Assembly: GCA_037379345.1 (NCBI GenBank)
Contig: CM074514.1
Span: forward strand, 11,284,001-11,348,000
DNA length: 64,000 nucleotides
From: Perna viridis
Lineage: Eukaryota
Reading direction: 5' to 3'
Positions 24,558 through 36,500 of this stretch are shown here, piece by piece (within the stretch, counting starts at the first letter, position 1; each line of letters begins with the position of its first letter). A model generated the notes under the pieces. That model was not told the DNA's origin, made no database searches, and saw nothing but the letters and a program-made list of their open reading frames with translations. A program made the translations under genes and the position numbers.

Positions 24558-27500
24558 TTAAGATGTGGTAGTTGTTGAAGAGATAGTTGTGCGTGCCATT
24601 GACACTGAGCTGCGATTCTTCATGCGAAGTTTTTGCAGAGCAGAATCGGCACTTTCAGCACGTTCTTCGGCATCTTCAAATTCTTGCTGTACTTTCCTAT
24701 ATTTGGCTAAGTTAATGGCGGCAATCTCCTCCTATTAAAACAATAAATTACAAAAAATCAAATTCGGCTACAATTTGATAGAAAGTGTAGTTGATAAGGT
24801 TAAGAGAAGGCTCTTGACATTATAAAATGTAAATGTGACGGTCAGTTAGAGATGGTATATAGTGCAAAGACTGGTAAATGGCAATAAATGTCTTATCAGT
24901 GTTAACACAATCTTCTTCTGTTACACACACATCGTTAATCGAAAATCAAGTAGAATGTATATATACATATGAGGATGTCGACAGGGGACACTTCATCACC
25001 CCCCCCCCATAGACCACCGCCTCCCTCCTTCCTGACCACCGCTTCCCGATCATTTTCATTTTACCCCTGGTTATTGTTCCCAACCATAATCCCCGCTTGC
25101 CGTATTTTCACTCCCCGTTCCCCTCCACCAACTTTCCCCAACCCCTTCAACCATCGATTCCTGTCCCCTTAACCCCCGTATCAACCAACCCCCTCCACCT
25201 CCCATATATTTCTGTATAGATAGAAACTTAGTATTCAAGTACTTATGATCTAGTACTTACGGCTTCCTCGACTTGGCGTTTGTATGTCTTGATCTTGTTG
25301 TTCAAAGCATCTATCATTTCTTGCAATCTGTCCTGGTTCTTACGGTCCTCATCAGCCTGGAAGGCAATCTCCTTCAATCTACGGTCAGCCTTACGCATGT
25401 TCTTCTGTGTCTCAGCATGACGGCGCTGTTCGTTGTCAAGTTCGGCTTCAAGCTCTGTTATCTATTTTATGAAAAAGTACTTTGCATTATTTTATTTCCA
25501 AGCAACATATTATTTATGAGCGTAGCTTATTTTGTATCATTTATGAGTATTTTTATAAGTTTCTCTCGATCCTTTGCTATTGGTAAGCGCACCAAAGGTA
25601 GATATGCCAAAAGCTTGTTTTCTACAGTAACACGATTTTTCATCTAATTCAAGAAAATTCTTACCCTCTGTTCAAGTTTGGCAATGATTTTCTTTCCTCC
25701 TTTGAGGGCTTGAGACTCAGCCTCATCAAGTCTGATCTGCAAGTCTTTCACAGTTGATTCAATACTCTTACGGTGTTTCTCGATTTGCATGCTGTGTTCT
25801 TGTTCGCTTCTTAATTCGTTGGCAAGTCTTTCGGCGTCAGCGGTGGACTTTCTGGCGCGGTCATCAGCAGCCTTGATCTCGTTGGACATATCATCAAGAT
25901 CGGTCTAAAAGAAAATTCATATTAAATTGCACCATAGTTGTCTAAAATAGTATCCATACCTTCATTATCTTGCACTACTTCGTCATGGTATTGAAAGGAT
26001 ATTTCAAATCGTTAATCATCAAAAATGAAAATAAAAGAATTTGATTTTGTGAACTTTTTTTAATTTTAGACCTTCTTCGTTGATAAAAATATAAAAAAAT
26101 TAACATGTACCTTAAGTACTAGTAATTGAATTCATTTTCTCAACAGTCCTAAATAAGTTCCTATTGAGTTAAGAATAGTTATACCGATGACGTACCTGCA
26201 TAGCGTTGATATCGGACTCCAATTTACGTTTTTGGGATGACATTGAGCTCAGTTCAGCAGACAGTTCGTTGACTCTATCGTTGGATTCGTACAAGTCATT
26301 CTCAGCACTCTTCCTTGCTCTCTCAGCCTGTTCCAGTGCAGTTCTCAGCTCATCTGTCTCACCCTGGAGCATGTTGCACCGTCTCTCTACCAAGTTATAG
26401 GAATCGCGGGCCTCTTCACGTTGGCGTTGTTCATCTTCAACCTGGACTTGCAATTCCTATCAGATTGAAGAATGTGTTGTAATTAAATACGAACATGTTT
26501 ATACTATAGTATTGACTTAGTATACTTTTTTTTTTATCAACGTTTTGATTTCCTTTATAAGCATCTTTAAAAAATGTTGCATTTGCTATAAAAGTGGCAT
26601 ATACCACTCATATGTCGGCTTCCTTTTGTAACTCACTAAATTATTACACTAGGTTTGTTTGGTTTAGTTGCTTTCATTAAATGTTATATTGGGTAATAAT
26701 GGAACAAAGACAAAACAATAATTTGTAATATGTAGTTATGAAATAACACTTACTGTTACTTGCTGTTGGTATCTCTTGATGTTCTTTTCCAACTCAGCCT
26801 TAGCACGGTTAGAAGCATCCAAGGCGACTTCCAATTCGTTGATGTCTTGTTCAAGTTTTTTCTTGATTCTCATTGCCTCAGCCTTACCTTTGGCTTCAGC
26901 CTCAAGACTGGCATTCATGGAGTCTAATGCTCTCTGGTGATTACGACTGAAAACAAAACAAATGATGAGATGATGGCAAATTGTCCTTCCAAATACATTT
27001 ATACTTTTTTTTTCGATTGACACCTTCTAATCTGTGGCCTTCTGTCCAAACTGAAATACTAAATGTGATTTCCCCTATCATTTTGAATAGATTTTTGAAT
27101 AGACAGACCACAAACAACCTTTCTTTTTCTATTCTAAAGTAAATTTAATCATGTCAGTATTCAGAGGAAATATGTCTCATATTTAAAAGTAAATGAAAAA
27201 ATGCAATTCCAACTTACCGGGTATTTTCAAATTCTTCATCCTTCTCATGGAGGCGTCTATCGATATCGTTCCTAATTGTTGAGATTTCTAGTTGAGCTCT
27301 TACTACCTTAGCTTCTTCTTGTTCCAATGTGGATTCAGCCTCTTCTAAAGCGGCCTGGAGCTCTTCTTTCTCCATCTCAAGGCGTCTCTTGGCTTTCTCC
27401 ACCTCATGAACGCTTCGGCCACCTTCGGAAAGTTGATCAGTCAACTCGCGGATTTCCTCTGATCAAAAGAAGAAAAGATATGTTTTGACATAAATCTTTT

Positions 27501-30500
27501 TGGGGTTTAAAAAAAATGAAGCATCTCATATTAGTATTAACGAAACAGCCATTGCCTGTAATTTTTGCACATACAGACTAAATGTACCCCTTAAACTTAA
27601 CCTAAAAAAACATTTTTTTTTCTATTCCTCATGTACATACCAGCAAGGTTCTTGTTTTCTCTTCTTAAAGCCTCTACAGAGTCTTGGGATTCTTCTACTT
27701 GAGCCTTAACTCTGAAGAGCTCAGCAGAGTAGCTACGAGCTTCCTTCTGTGCAGCCTCAAGCTCCAACTGTAAATCGTTGACTTTTGACTTCCATTCTGC
27801 AACTGTCTTGTCGAAGCCACGCTGTTTTTTCTCCATTGCGTTGGCGTTTGCAGTGGCCTACGAATGTTAATGAGTAGGTTAGATCGACCAATGACCATTG
27901 CATTAGTTATTTTTAATTCTATTTTTTGTTAAATTTAATTTCGTTTAGATAAATACTTAAAATGTTAAAACCTACTTTTACTACCGCCTCTCTTTCCACT
28001 TTGGATTGAATTAAATCTAAAAATATTTAAATTGAATTACAGCATTGCAAAAACATATCTACCCTTTCGGTCTCAATTGCGAGGTCCTCAAGTTCTCCCT
28101 GCAGTCTGTTCTTAGCCTTCTCTAACTGGCTAACCTTAGCGTTGGCAGCATCAGCATTCTGTTCTGCTTCAGCAAGTTTAGCTTGGAGCTTACGTCTAGA
28201 TAATTAAATAGAAACGATTCAATGTTAAGAAGCATTTGTCTGATAAATTCTTTTAATAAAAGAAATATGATCAGTAGTGAAGAAATAAACGAAACAAAGA
28301 AAAGAAACAAAACATTTTCTTCATCCCATTATTATATACGTGAGTTGAATTCGATTTCTCTTCAATTTATTATTTTCCGGAAACGACATTTTCCCGTCTT
28401 CCGTTTTATTGATTAGTTTTGGAAGTAGTTTTGTGTCGTCTGTTGCAAGTACAAGTGCGTTGTCATTTTCTGGGATTTGACAATTAAAGAATATAAACAT
28501 ATACCTAATACCTCTCGTTCCCCAAACAACAGATGGTAAAGCCATATGGGCTTTAGAATATGGCTATGTGTAACTTCTTGCAAGGATAAAACATAAATTG
28601 TTGGACTTCAACATAATAACATCTATGTAATTCACATCTTACTTGGAGTCTTCAAGTTCCTCAGCTCTGGCGGCTCCTTCTGTTTCATATTTGCTCCTCC
28701 ACGTTTGAGCCTCGGTGTTAGCCTTGTTGAGTTGACGTTGAAGATCAGACCTGCCTTCCTGTTCTTCCTCGACTTGTTCACGTGCTGCATCAAGGTCACC
28801 GGTAAGATTCCTAATCTCACTCTGCAGTTTCTGTCTGACCTTAGTTTATAATAAAAGATATTTTTATGAGTTTTTGTTATGCGCCATTATATGCATTCCA
28901 CTGCTGTCTATAAAATTAAAGGGATAAGTAACAATTTGTGTTTGTAGAAAAGCTGTAACTTTACTTGACACGAGCTCAAATTACCATCAATACAAATATA
29001 TATTTGGTGGGTACAAGACATTCCTTTAAAACCATTTTTTAAAAATTCGGTTAAAAGAAGAAAATCTCACTCTTGTTTCATCCTCCAAAGCTGATCTGGC
29101 TTCTTCGAGTTGTTGAGCAAGGCGAGATTTTTCTTTTGAAAATGAGCCAACATTGTGTTCAGCCTCCTCAAGTTGTTGGGACAACTCTGCTGCTTCTCTT
29201 TCAAACTTTGTCTTGTTGTTGACCATATCAGAAAGGTTCCTCTGGCTCTTTTCGAGCTCAGCGTTCAAGTCGGCGATCTGAGACTCGAACTGTTTCACAA
29301 CCTTGTCAGATGCACCCTATAAAATATATGCAACATATGATTGTTTTGTAGCTTAAAACAGGAATTTACAGTATATGTATGCCTTTTCATAATCAGCCAA
29401 ATATACTGCGAGTGTATTAGATGACTTCTGTAAATTACAATAAGGACCGAAAATTTGTCCAAGCCATAGATTTAAATACCACTAAAAATGATCTATTTAT
29501 CCTCGACTTTGGTTTAAAGTATCAATAAAATAAGGTTGTAGAAGGTGTCGGGGGAAAAGTCGGCCATTGATACTCAACAACATAAATCAGTTCTGCTCAT
29601 ATATAGATAATGAAACTGATATGATAAGTTCACTCACTCTGTTTTTCAGTTGGTGTTGGAAGGTGGCTTGCATGTCATCCATTTCACGCTTCATATCTTT
29701 CTTTTCCTTCTCAAGCTTGTTCCTGACCTTTTGAAGTTGATCAATCTGGTCAGCCATCTCGTTAGCAGCATCTGCTTGCTTCTTGCGGAGGGTTGAGACT
29801 TGAGCCTCATGCTGCAAGATTGTTTCCTCCATGTCGCGACGCATCTTCACTAACTCTTGTTCTCGCTTCTTGTTAAGGTCGAGCTGAGCTTGCGTGGCAC
29901 CACCAGCCTCATCAAGTCTGTCTGAGAGGTCATCTAACTCTCTTGATATTTCAGCACGTTGTTTCTCGACCTTTGTTCTTGCTGCTCTCTCGGCTTCCAA
30001 CTCCTCTTCCAACTCTTCAATTCTAGCGTTAAGTTCTTTTATCTTTCTCTGCAGTTGTGCAACAAGGCTAGACTCGTCCTCCAATCTTGAGTTAAGGCTG
30101 TTGATTTCAGCATCTTTCCTAATGACAGAAAATAGAAATTTTCAGGAATAAGAATCATGTTTTATATATCTTCATTCAGTTAAATCAGTAACCCGGTGGA
30201 TATTTTTAGAAAAAAAAGTGCTGAAGGATTCGCTATATCGTTCTGTTTTCCATCTTCAGTTTCCCTAACAATTTGAATAAATACTGACTATATCGGAAAG
30301 TAGTGTCATCTGACTTTATAACAGTTGTTTAAGATAGTAAGTCGTACTTTCTATTGGCCTCCTCAAGATCTCTCTTGACTCTCTCAAGGTCCTCAACAGT
30401 TTCCTGTGTAGCTTTAAGATCTTGTTCAACCTTACGTTTGGCTTTTTCAACATCACTACGGACCTTCTTTTCACGTTCCAAACCATCCTCAAGCTGAAAG

Positions 30501-33500
30501 TTAAAACTGATTTGTTATGAAGCAGAACATTTTCAAACTTACTGCTTCCATTTAAAGCGGAAAATGCTTGTTAAAACAATTTGATATGTTGTCAATTATC
30601 ATCATTTTTGTCACTTCAATTTCTGTATTAAATCAAAGACCGATGAAGTCTTCAAAGTCGCTAATTGTTAAACATTCTATGCCACTGATTTTGACTTGCT
30701 CCCAATATCCGAAATGGCACGAATGCGATATGCTCTAAAATCGGGTGACTTCAGCTACAATTTCTGTTCCCTTGATTTGATTCCTCTTTCGTTACCGTGA
30801 TGACCGACATGTTTTTCTTTCAAAACAACTGGTTACCAGGTAGTGCTGGTAATGTTTCGTTCTACAAGTTTCTCTCAAATTTTCAGCGATCTTTGGGTCG
30901 CTTATGATATTGACCAGGAAAACAGATTAAACAACTGGCTATGGCTATATATATGTATCGGGGCCATGATAATGTGTACCTATATACATTGTAACGAGCC
31001 ATGTGTCTGAATCGGAAACTGGGTAATGTTCAGTACTAACCGATCATATCATCTATTAATGTATGCTTCCCGTTCCCATATGAGCAAAAAAAAAAAACCC
31101 AAAAAAAACACGTAGGACACATGTGTATGATATTTAATAGGTACATTTTGATCTCGTATGAAGCTAGAATTATGAAGTTATGACGGTAAATAAGGCATCG
31201 ATCAGCAGCTTAATGTGGAGTAGTAATATATAATCATGCAAATCATATGCGAATGCAAAGTACTGAAATAATGAGTGCAACAAGTCGCTAACGATATTAG
31301 CGACTTCAAAAAACAATTGATCTATAAATGAAAACTTGAAAATTGTTGAACACATTGCTCATTAATATGTTGAACAAAACTTTTACTTGACCTTACCTCG
31401 TCTAATGTCTGCTCCAGCTTCTGTTTAACTTTGTTAAGATGGTTGACTTTATCCTCCTCCTTCTGTAAATCTTCAAGTGTTTTCTTGTGGGCCTCATCCA
31501 TTCCCTTCTTATCTTTGTTAAGTTTGGCAATCATCTCGTCCTGTTGTGCCATCTCATCTTGAAGTGTCTTAATTTGGTTGTCTTTGGTTGTTTTCTCCTG
31601 TTCAGCCTGTTGAGAGACAACGATAAAACTCAGTCATTGCGAGCTAAGTTGTCATGACATTGTAAATATTCTTTAGTAGTGTGGTACCACTATGTTTTCT
31701 CGGACAGTTTGTTAACATTTAATTATATTAAAACAAAATACCTTGTTTTCACTGAACAATGAACTTTAACTGCTAACAGAGAATTATTGTAAAGATAACT
31801 ATAGTCCTCTTTCAAAACATTGTTTATTATCACCTACATTCTTTACTTACCTTGGCGAGAGAGCTTTCCAGATCTTCGATATCTTTTTTCAGCTCATCAT
31901 TCTCACCCTCCATTTTCTTTTTGATGTTTTCAAGTTCAGAGGCAGCATCTTCCTCATCCAAAAGACGTTCCTCTAGCTCTTTGATCTGAGACTCGAAGTC
32001 GGCCTTCTGCTTTACAAGTTGTTCAACTCTCTGCTCAAGATCGATGACATTGTCTTGCTCAGTCTGAAGTTGAAGGAAGAGGTCGTTCTTTTGTTCCAGG
32101 AGGGTGACGTTCTGTACTTCAAGTTCTTTCTTGATCTTCTCGCATTTGGCAAGATCTTCCTCAAGTTTCTTTAGCTGCTCAAGTTTCTTTTGCATTTCCT
32201 CTTCTTGTCTTGCAATGTTCAACAATGGCTTGACTTTCGAGTACAGTTTCCACCATTGCCAGTTCTTGAGGACGAGCCACTTTCTGATGTTACGCTGGAT
32301 AACAGAGAGACCAATTCTGAAAAAAAAAGTATACAGTTTTATATTTTTAAACAAGTATTTCGTTTCAATCTGTGTTTAAGCATAATTGGTTGTATTAGCA
32401 TTCATTTGTGTGTGTGTTTGCAAGTGTCTGTTTTTCTTAAGTTTTTTACTTTTTTACTATTTGCCAAGACGAATTACAAATTTCCACAGAAGTAAAAGCT
32501 CTATATCTTAATCGAAATTGTAAGGTGCAGACTGAATCTAATTTTCCCGTCCAAATATCCTTACACTTACCTCTGATCGCAGAGTTTCTTATATGACTTC
32601 CTGATCAAATAAGCTCTGATATGAGCTTGCATCATGGAGATGATAGCACTAAGACGTTCGTCACGCATGTTTTCTAAGTTACCGACAACTCCAGCCTTGA
32701 AGAAAACTTTGGTGTTGCCGAGTCTGTATTCTGCTGGATCCAGTTGTAAAGCTGTCAATACTTTGTCAGTAACAACCTTACCATCAACGAAACCTTGTGG
32801 AATAGCATTTGGAGCCAGGATAGAGTATCTGAAAATTAAAACAGTCTTAGAACCTGTAAATTATATGAGCATCGTAACATGAAAACATCATGTAGACTGA
32901 AAAGAAAGAATTAACGATATAATTTGTATCTACCACTATTTTGAATATTTACTTCTAAGGAAAAAAAGCCTTTTGTATCATTTTTAAAGAAAATGAACAT
33001 TTTTTTTATAAAAAAGATGGACAACAAATGTAAAACATACCTTTGTTTGAATTCAGAGTAAACGATTCGGCTTGGGAAACCCTTTCTACAAATACGGATT
33101 CCTTCCAGTACACCGTTACATTGGAGCTGGTTCAATACAAGGAAGGCATCAATAAGACCTGTTATAAAATCAAATCTAATTATGTCTTCCGAATATATGT
33201 ACTGCTCTATAATTTTTTTTTTGCAATTTGGATGTTGGAATTGAGAGTAAAGTTTGTACCGTAAAAGTATGAAGCATCAATTGATCACAGAAAGATCATC
33301 TCCTTAAAGGACAATAATTTCATGATAAATAAATATCCTTGACGTAGCCGAGAGTATACTTAATTTTATGATCATTTTTTATCTATACCTGGCTGTTTGA
33401 GTTCGTTTGGAATGATACATCTTACGAAGTGAGGATGGGTGCTGTACAAGTTCTTCATCAACTTGTTCAGAGATTCCTGAAAGTGGATGACAAAGTTTGT

Positions 33501-36500
33501 ATTTTCCTAGATTTTGAGTAGCTTTATATTTTGTGATGAATAATATCAAATGTTTTGACGCGTTATTTTTGTTTATTTAAATGGTATAAATATGGCTATA
33601 GCTGGATTCCAATATCGTTCCTGAAGTAAATGTCTTCTTTTTAGAGAGGCATATAACATCATTTATTAAACTAAAAATAAAGAGCGCATGTTATTAAAAA
33701 AAATAATAACTAAATTCATGAGAGTACGCGTTCACTTTTTTAATAATTATTTTTACCGTACACGTATGTTGTATTGTAAAAAAAATATTTATTTTCATGA
33801 GCTTGGATATTGATATCAATACTTTTGTACCTACCCTGTGGACAGCTGAAATTGTTTGGAAAGCAGATGACTTCTTCTTCTTGGATCCACCTCCCTCTAT
33901 AATTAAATTAAATATTTTGACATTTGCCAGTATTTTAATGCATGTGTTATTCTTCATGGTTCTATTTGTTCATTTGTTGCAATATATACATATATTATGT
34001 TTCCTATAGATATGACTAATTATAGTTACCACAACACTAATCCATGCTTTTAATTCTAAACAGTGATGTCTCATTATATATGTGACTGTTTCATCGGTTG
34101 CTTTTACTTACCAACTGGTGCTGGAGGAGCGAACAAAGTCTGTACAAGGTGTTCCTTTGACTTAGACAACAAGTCTACAACAGTCTCGTTAATAGGATCC
34201 TTGTTCTTTTCAAGCCAACCCTCGGTTCCGTATGGTACCTTGAATGATAAAATTAAACATTATGTTTTGATGTATGTTGCAAAATTGTAAATTTTCGGAA
34301 TTCGATTTAGTTAAATATATGGTGATAAAATAAATGCTATAGTTAAAATGGATCAAGCTCCAAGCAGCGGCAGACGTTCGTTTCTTCTCTTACTTACCGC
34401 TGCAGATAGGCCTTTTGAAATTCTCGGACGTGATAGAAATAAAACGTCGCGTAAAATCATTAACTTTTTCCTGAGTTTGCAAGATTCTTACATTTTCTGA
34501 GAGGGCTGGCTGCAGTGTCTAGAGTGACTTCGGAACGACAAAAGCTGTTCGGAGATTGAGAATGGATGCATTGATGCGAGGTATTATTACCGTTCTGGAA
34601 CTGAACTTATAAATGTGAAATACAGTATTATTACTTACGATTCCAGCGTAATGAGTAAGTTCAAAGTCAGACTTCTTTCCTTTGGAAGCCTTTCCTGGTT
34701 TATTGAAGTTTGGTGATTTACCCATGTGTGTTGTGAACAACTTTTCTTTGAAGGATTTGTCTGAAGCTTTAGGGAACATACATTCCTCCTCAAGAATGGA
34801 CAAGATACCCATGGGCTAGGATAAAGAACGTGTAATATGTTCACAATTGATCAAACGTTGTATTTTTAGTCAAATGTAAAACAGTCTGTAAAAAAAGACA
34901 ACTGGACAGACAATAACACATAGAAAAAAGAATAAAATTGAATCAAGTGAGCAACTCGAGGGTTTACAAAGACAAACAGTTCTTATATTGAGATGTGAGA
35001 CTGAAATGCGTTCTTCATTAAATCGTTTGGTCAGAGATTTCAACGTACAACAACATACCTTCTCAATGAGATCGATACAGGCTTGCAAGTCCATACCGAA
35101 GTTGATGAACTCCCACTGGATTCCCTCCTTCTTATATTCTTCCTGTTCCAAGACGAACATGTGATGGTTGAAGAACTGCTGCAATCTCTCGTTAGTGTAA
35201 TTGATGCACAACTGTTCGAAGGTGTTGTACTAAAACGAGAATTGAAACCATGTACTTTTGAGGTATGTTCGTTTTGGTCATGAAAAAGATTTTTGACAGG
35301 TACAGAGAATGATAAGAACGCGTTAATTCCATATTAGTTGAATTCGTCAGTATAATCTCTCTTTTTTGTCTTATGAATACTTACCTCAAAGATTTCAAAT
35401 CCAGCAATATCCAGTACACCGATGTAGTAGTTTCTCTTGGCTTTGGTATCGAGAGTCTTGTTGACTCTGACTACGAGCCAGTTGAAAAGTCTGTCGTAGA
35501 GAGACTTAGCCATAGCACCAACAGAGTACACGACCTGAAATAGCGCAAAATAGATTATAGTGGAAACATCAACTACAATTACTCAACAAGACCGGGTAAT
35601 GTCTGTCGCTCTGCTATCTCATTTCTTCCTTTTGACATGATATAACATTTGACTTTTTATTTCAATTATCATATTTTCTTGATTCTCAACGTTGCGATAC
35701 TTTATTGCAGTTTCTGCTTTCAAATATGTCAATGCTATTTCATTTTTCACCCAAAAGTTCATAAATTATTATCATATTCGGTAATTGTCTTACCTGTTCC
35801 TTTGTACGTCCCTGTGTGACGACTTCAGTACCGACTTTGATCTTTGGTTTGACCAAAGACTTGATGAAATCGTTTGAGTTGACACCCAACAAGAAAGAGA
35901 CTTTCTCGGCCTCAGCAGTACCATCTGCCTCAGCCTGTTCACCTCTTTGTTTAAATTGCATCTCACCCATGTGCATGATGGCAGCTGTGCACTTGTAAGC
36001 ACTGCATTTTTCATCCTCAGAGAATCCTAGGATGTCAAAAGCTTCCTACAAGCATGACATCGAAATTTAATATACAAGGAAGGGTATACGGCATAAGGAG
36101 TGAAAAGAATAGAATATAATATTTTATTGATACCAATCATCGTCCCATAAAGTGCATATTACAGATTTATATATTAATTAAGCATATATATGCACAAGTA
36201 GCAAATAAATATTAATGAAGAATACATTTTAAAATATAAATAGTTGTCTATCTTTTATGACAAAAGTCTGCTCAAGTGTCACGTGAAAGCAGCCAAATTA
36301 ATTTACTTTCTAAATCTAAATGTTCTATTGTTTTTTTCAAAACGTCCCTCTAGCATCTAAAATATTCTGTCCAAGTCTATGATTTAATGGACACTATAAG
36401 AGAAAATGATTTTCATCTTCGACAACATTTAAAGAACATAATTTTTTGTAGCGTCCATGTTTGATCACTAGCTCTTAGATGGGTAAGACCTTTCTATCAT

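Noticed and set aside
23945-24560. Stop-codon readthrough of MHC-A (TAA ATG | ATT GAT TGC...) into the UTR exon
   Set aside because: TAA-A is a poor readthrough context, and the ~15-codon extension is of chance length.
30494-31396. Possible internal (catchin-like) promoter in the large MHC-A rod intron (TATA-like run, CAACTG E-boxes)
   Set aside because: The downstream ATG frame closes after about 19 codons, no convincing unique coding exon was found, and this is not the expected catchin junction.
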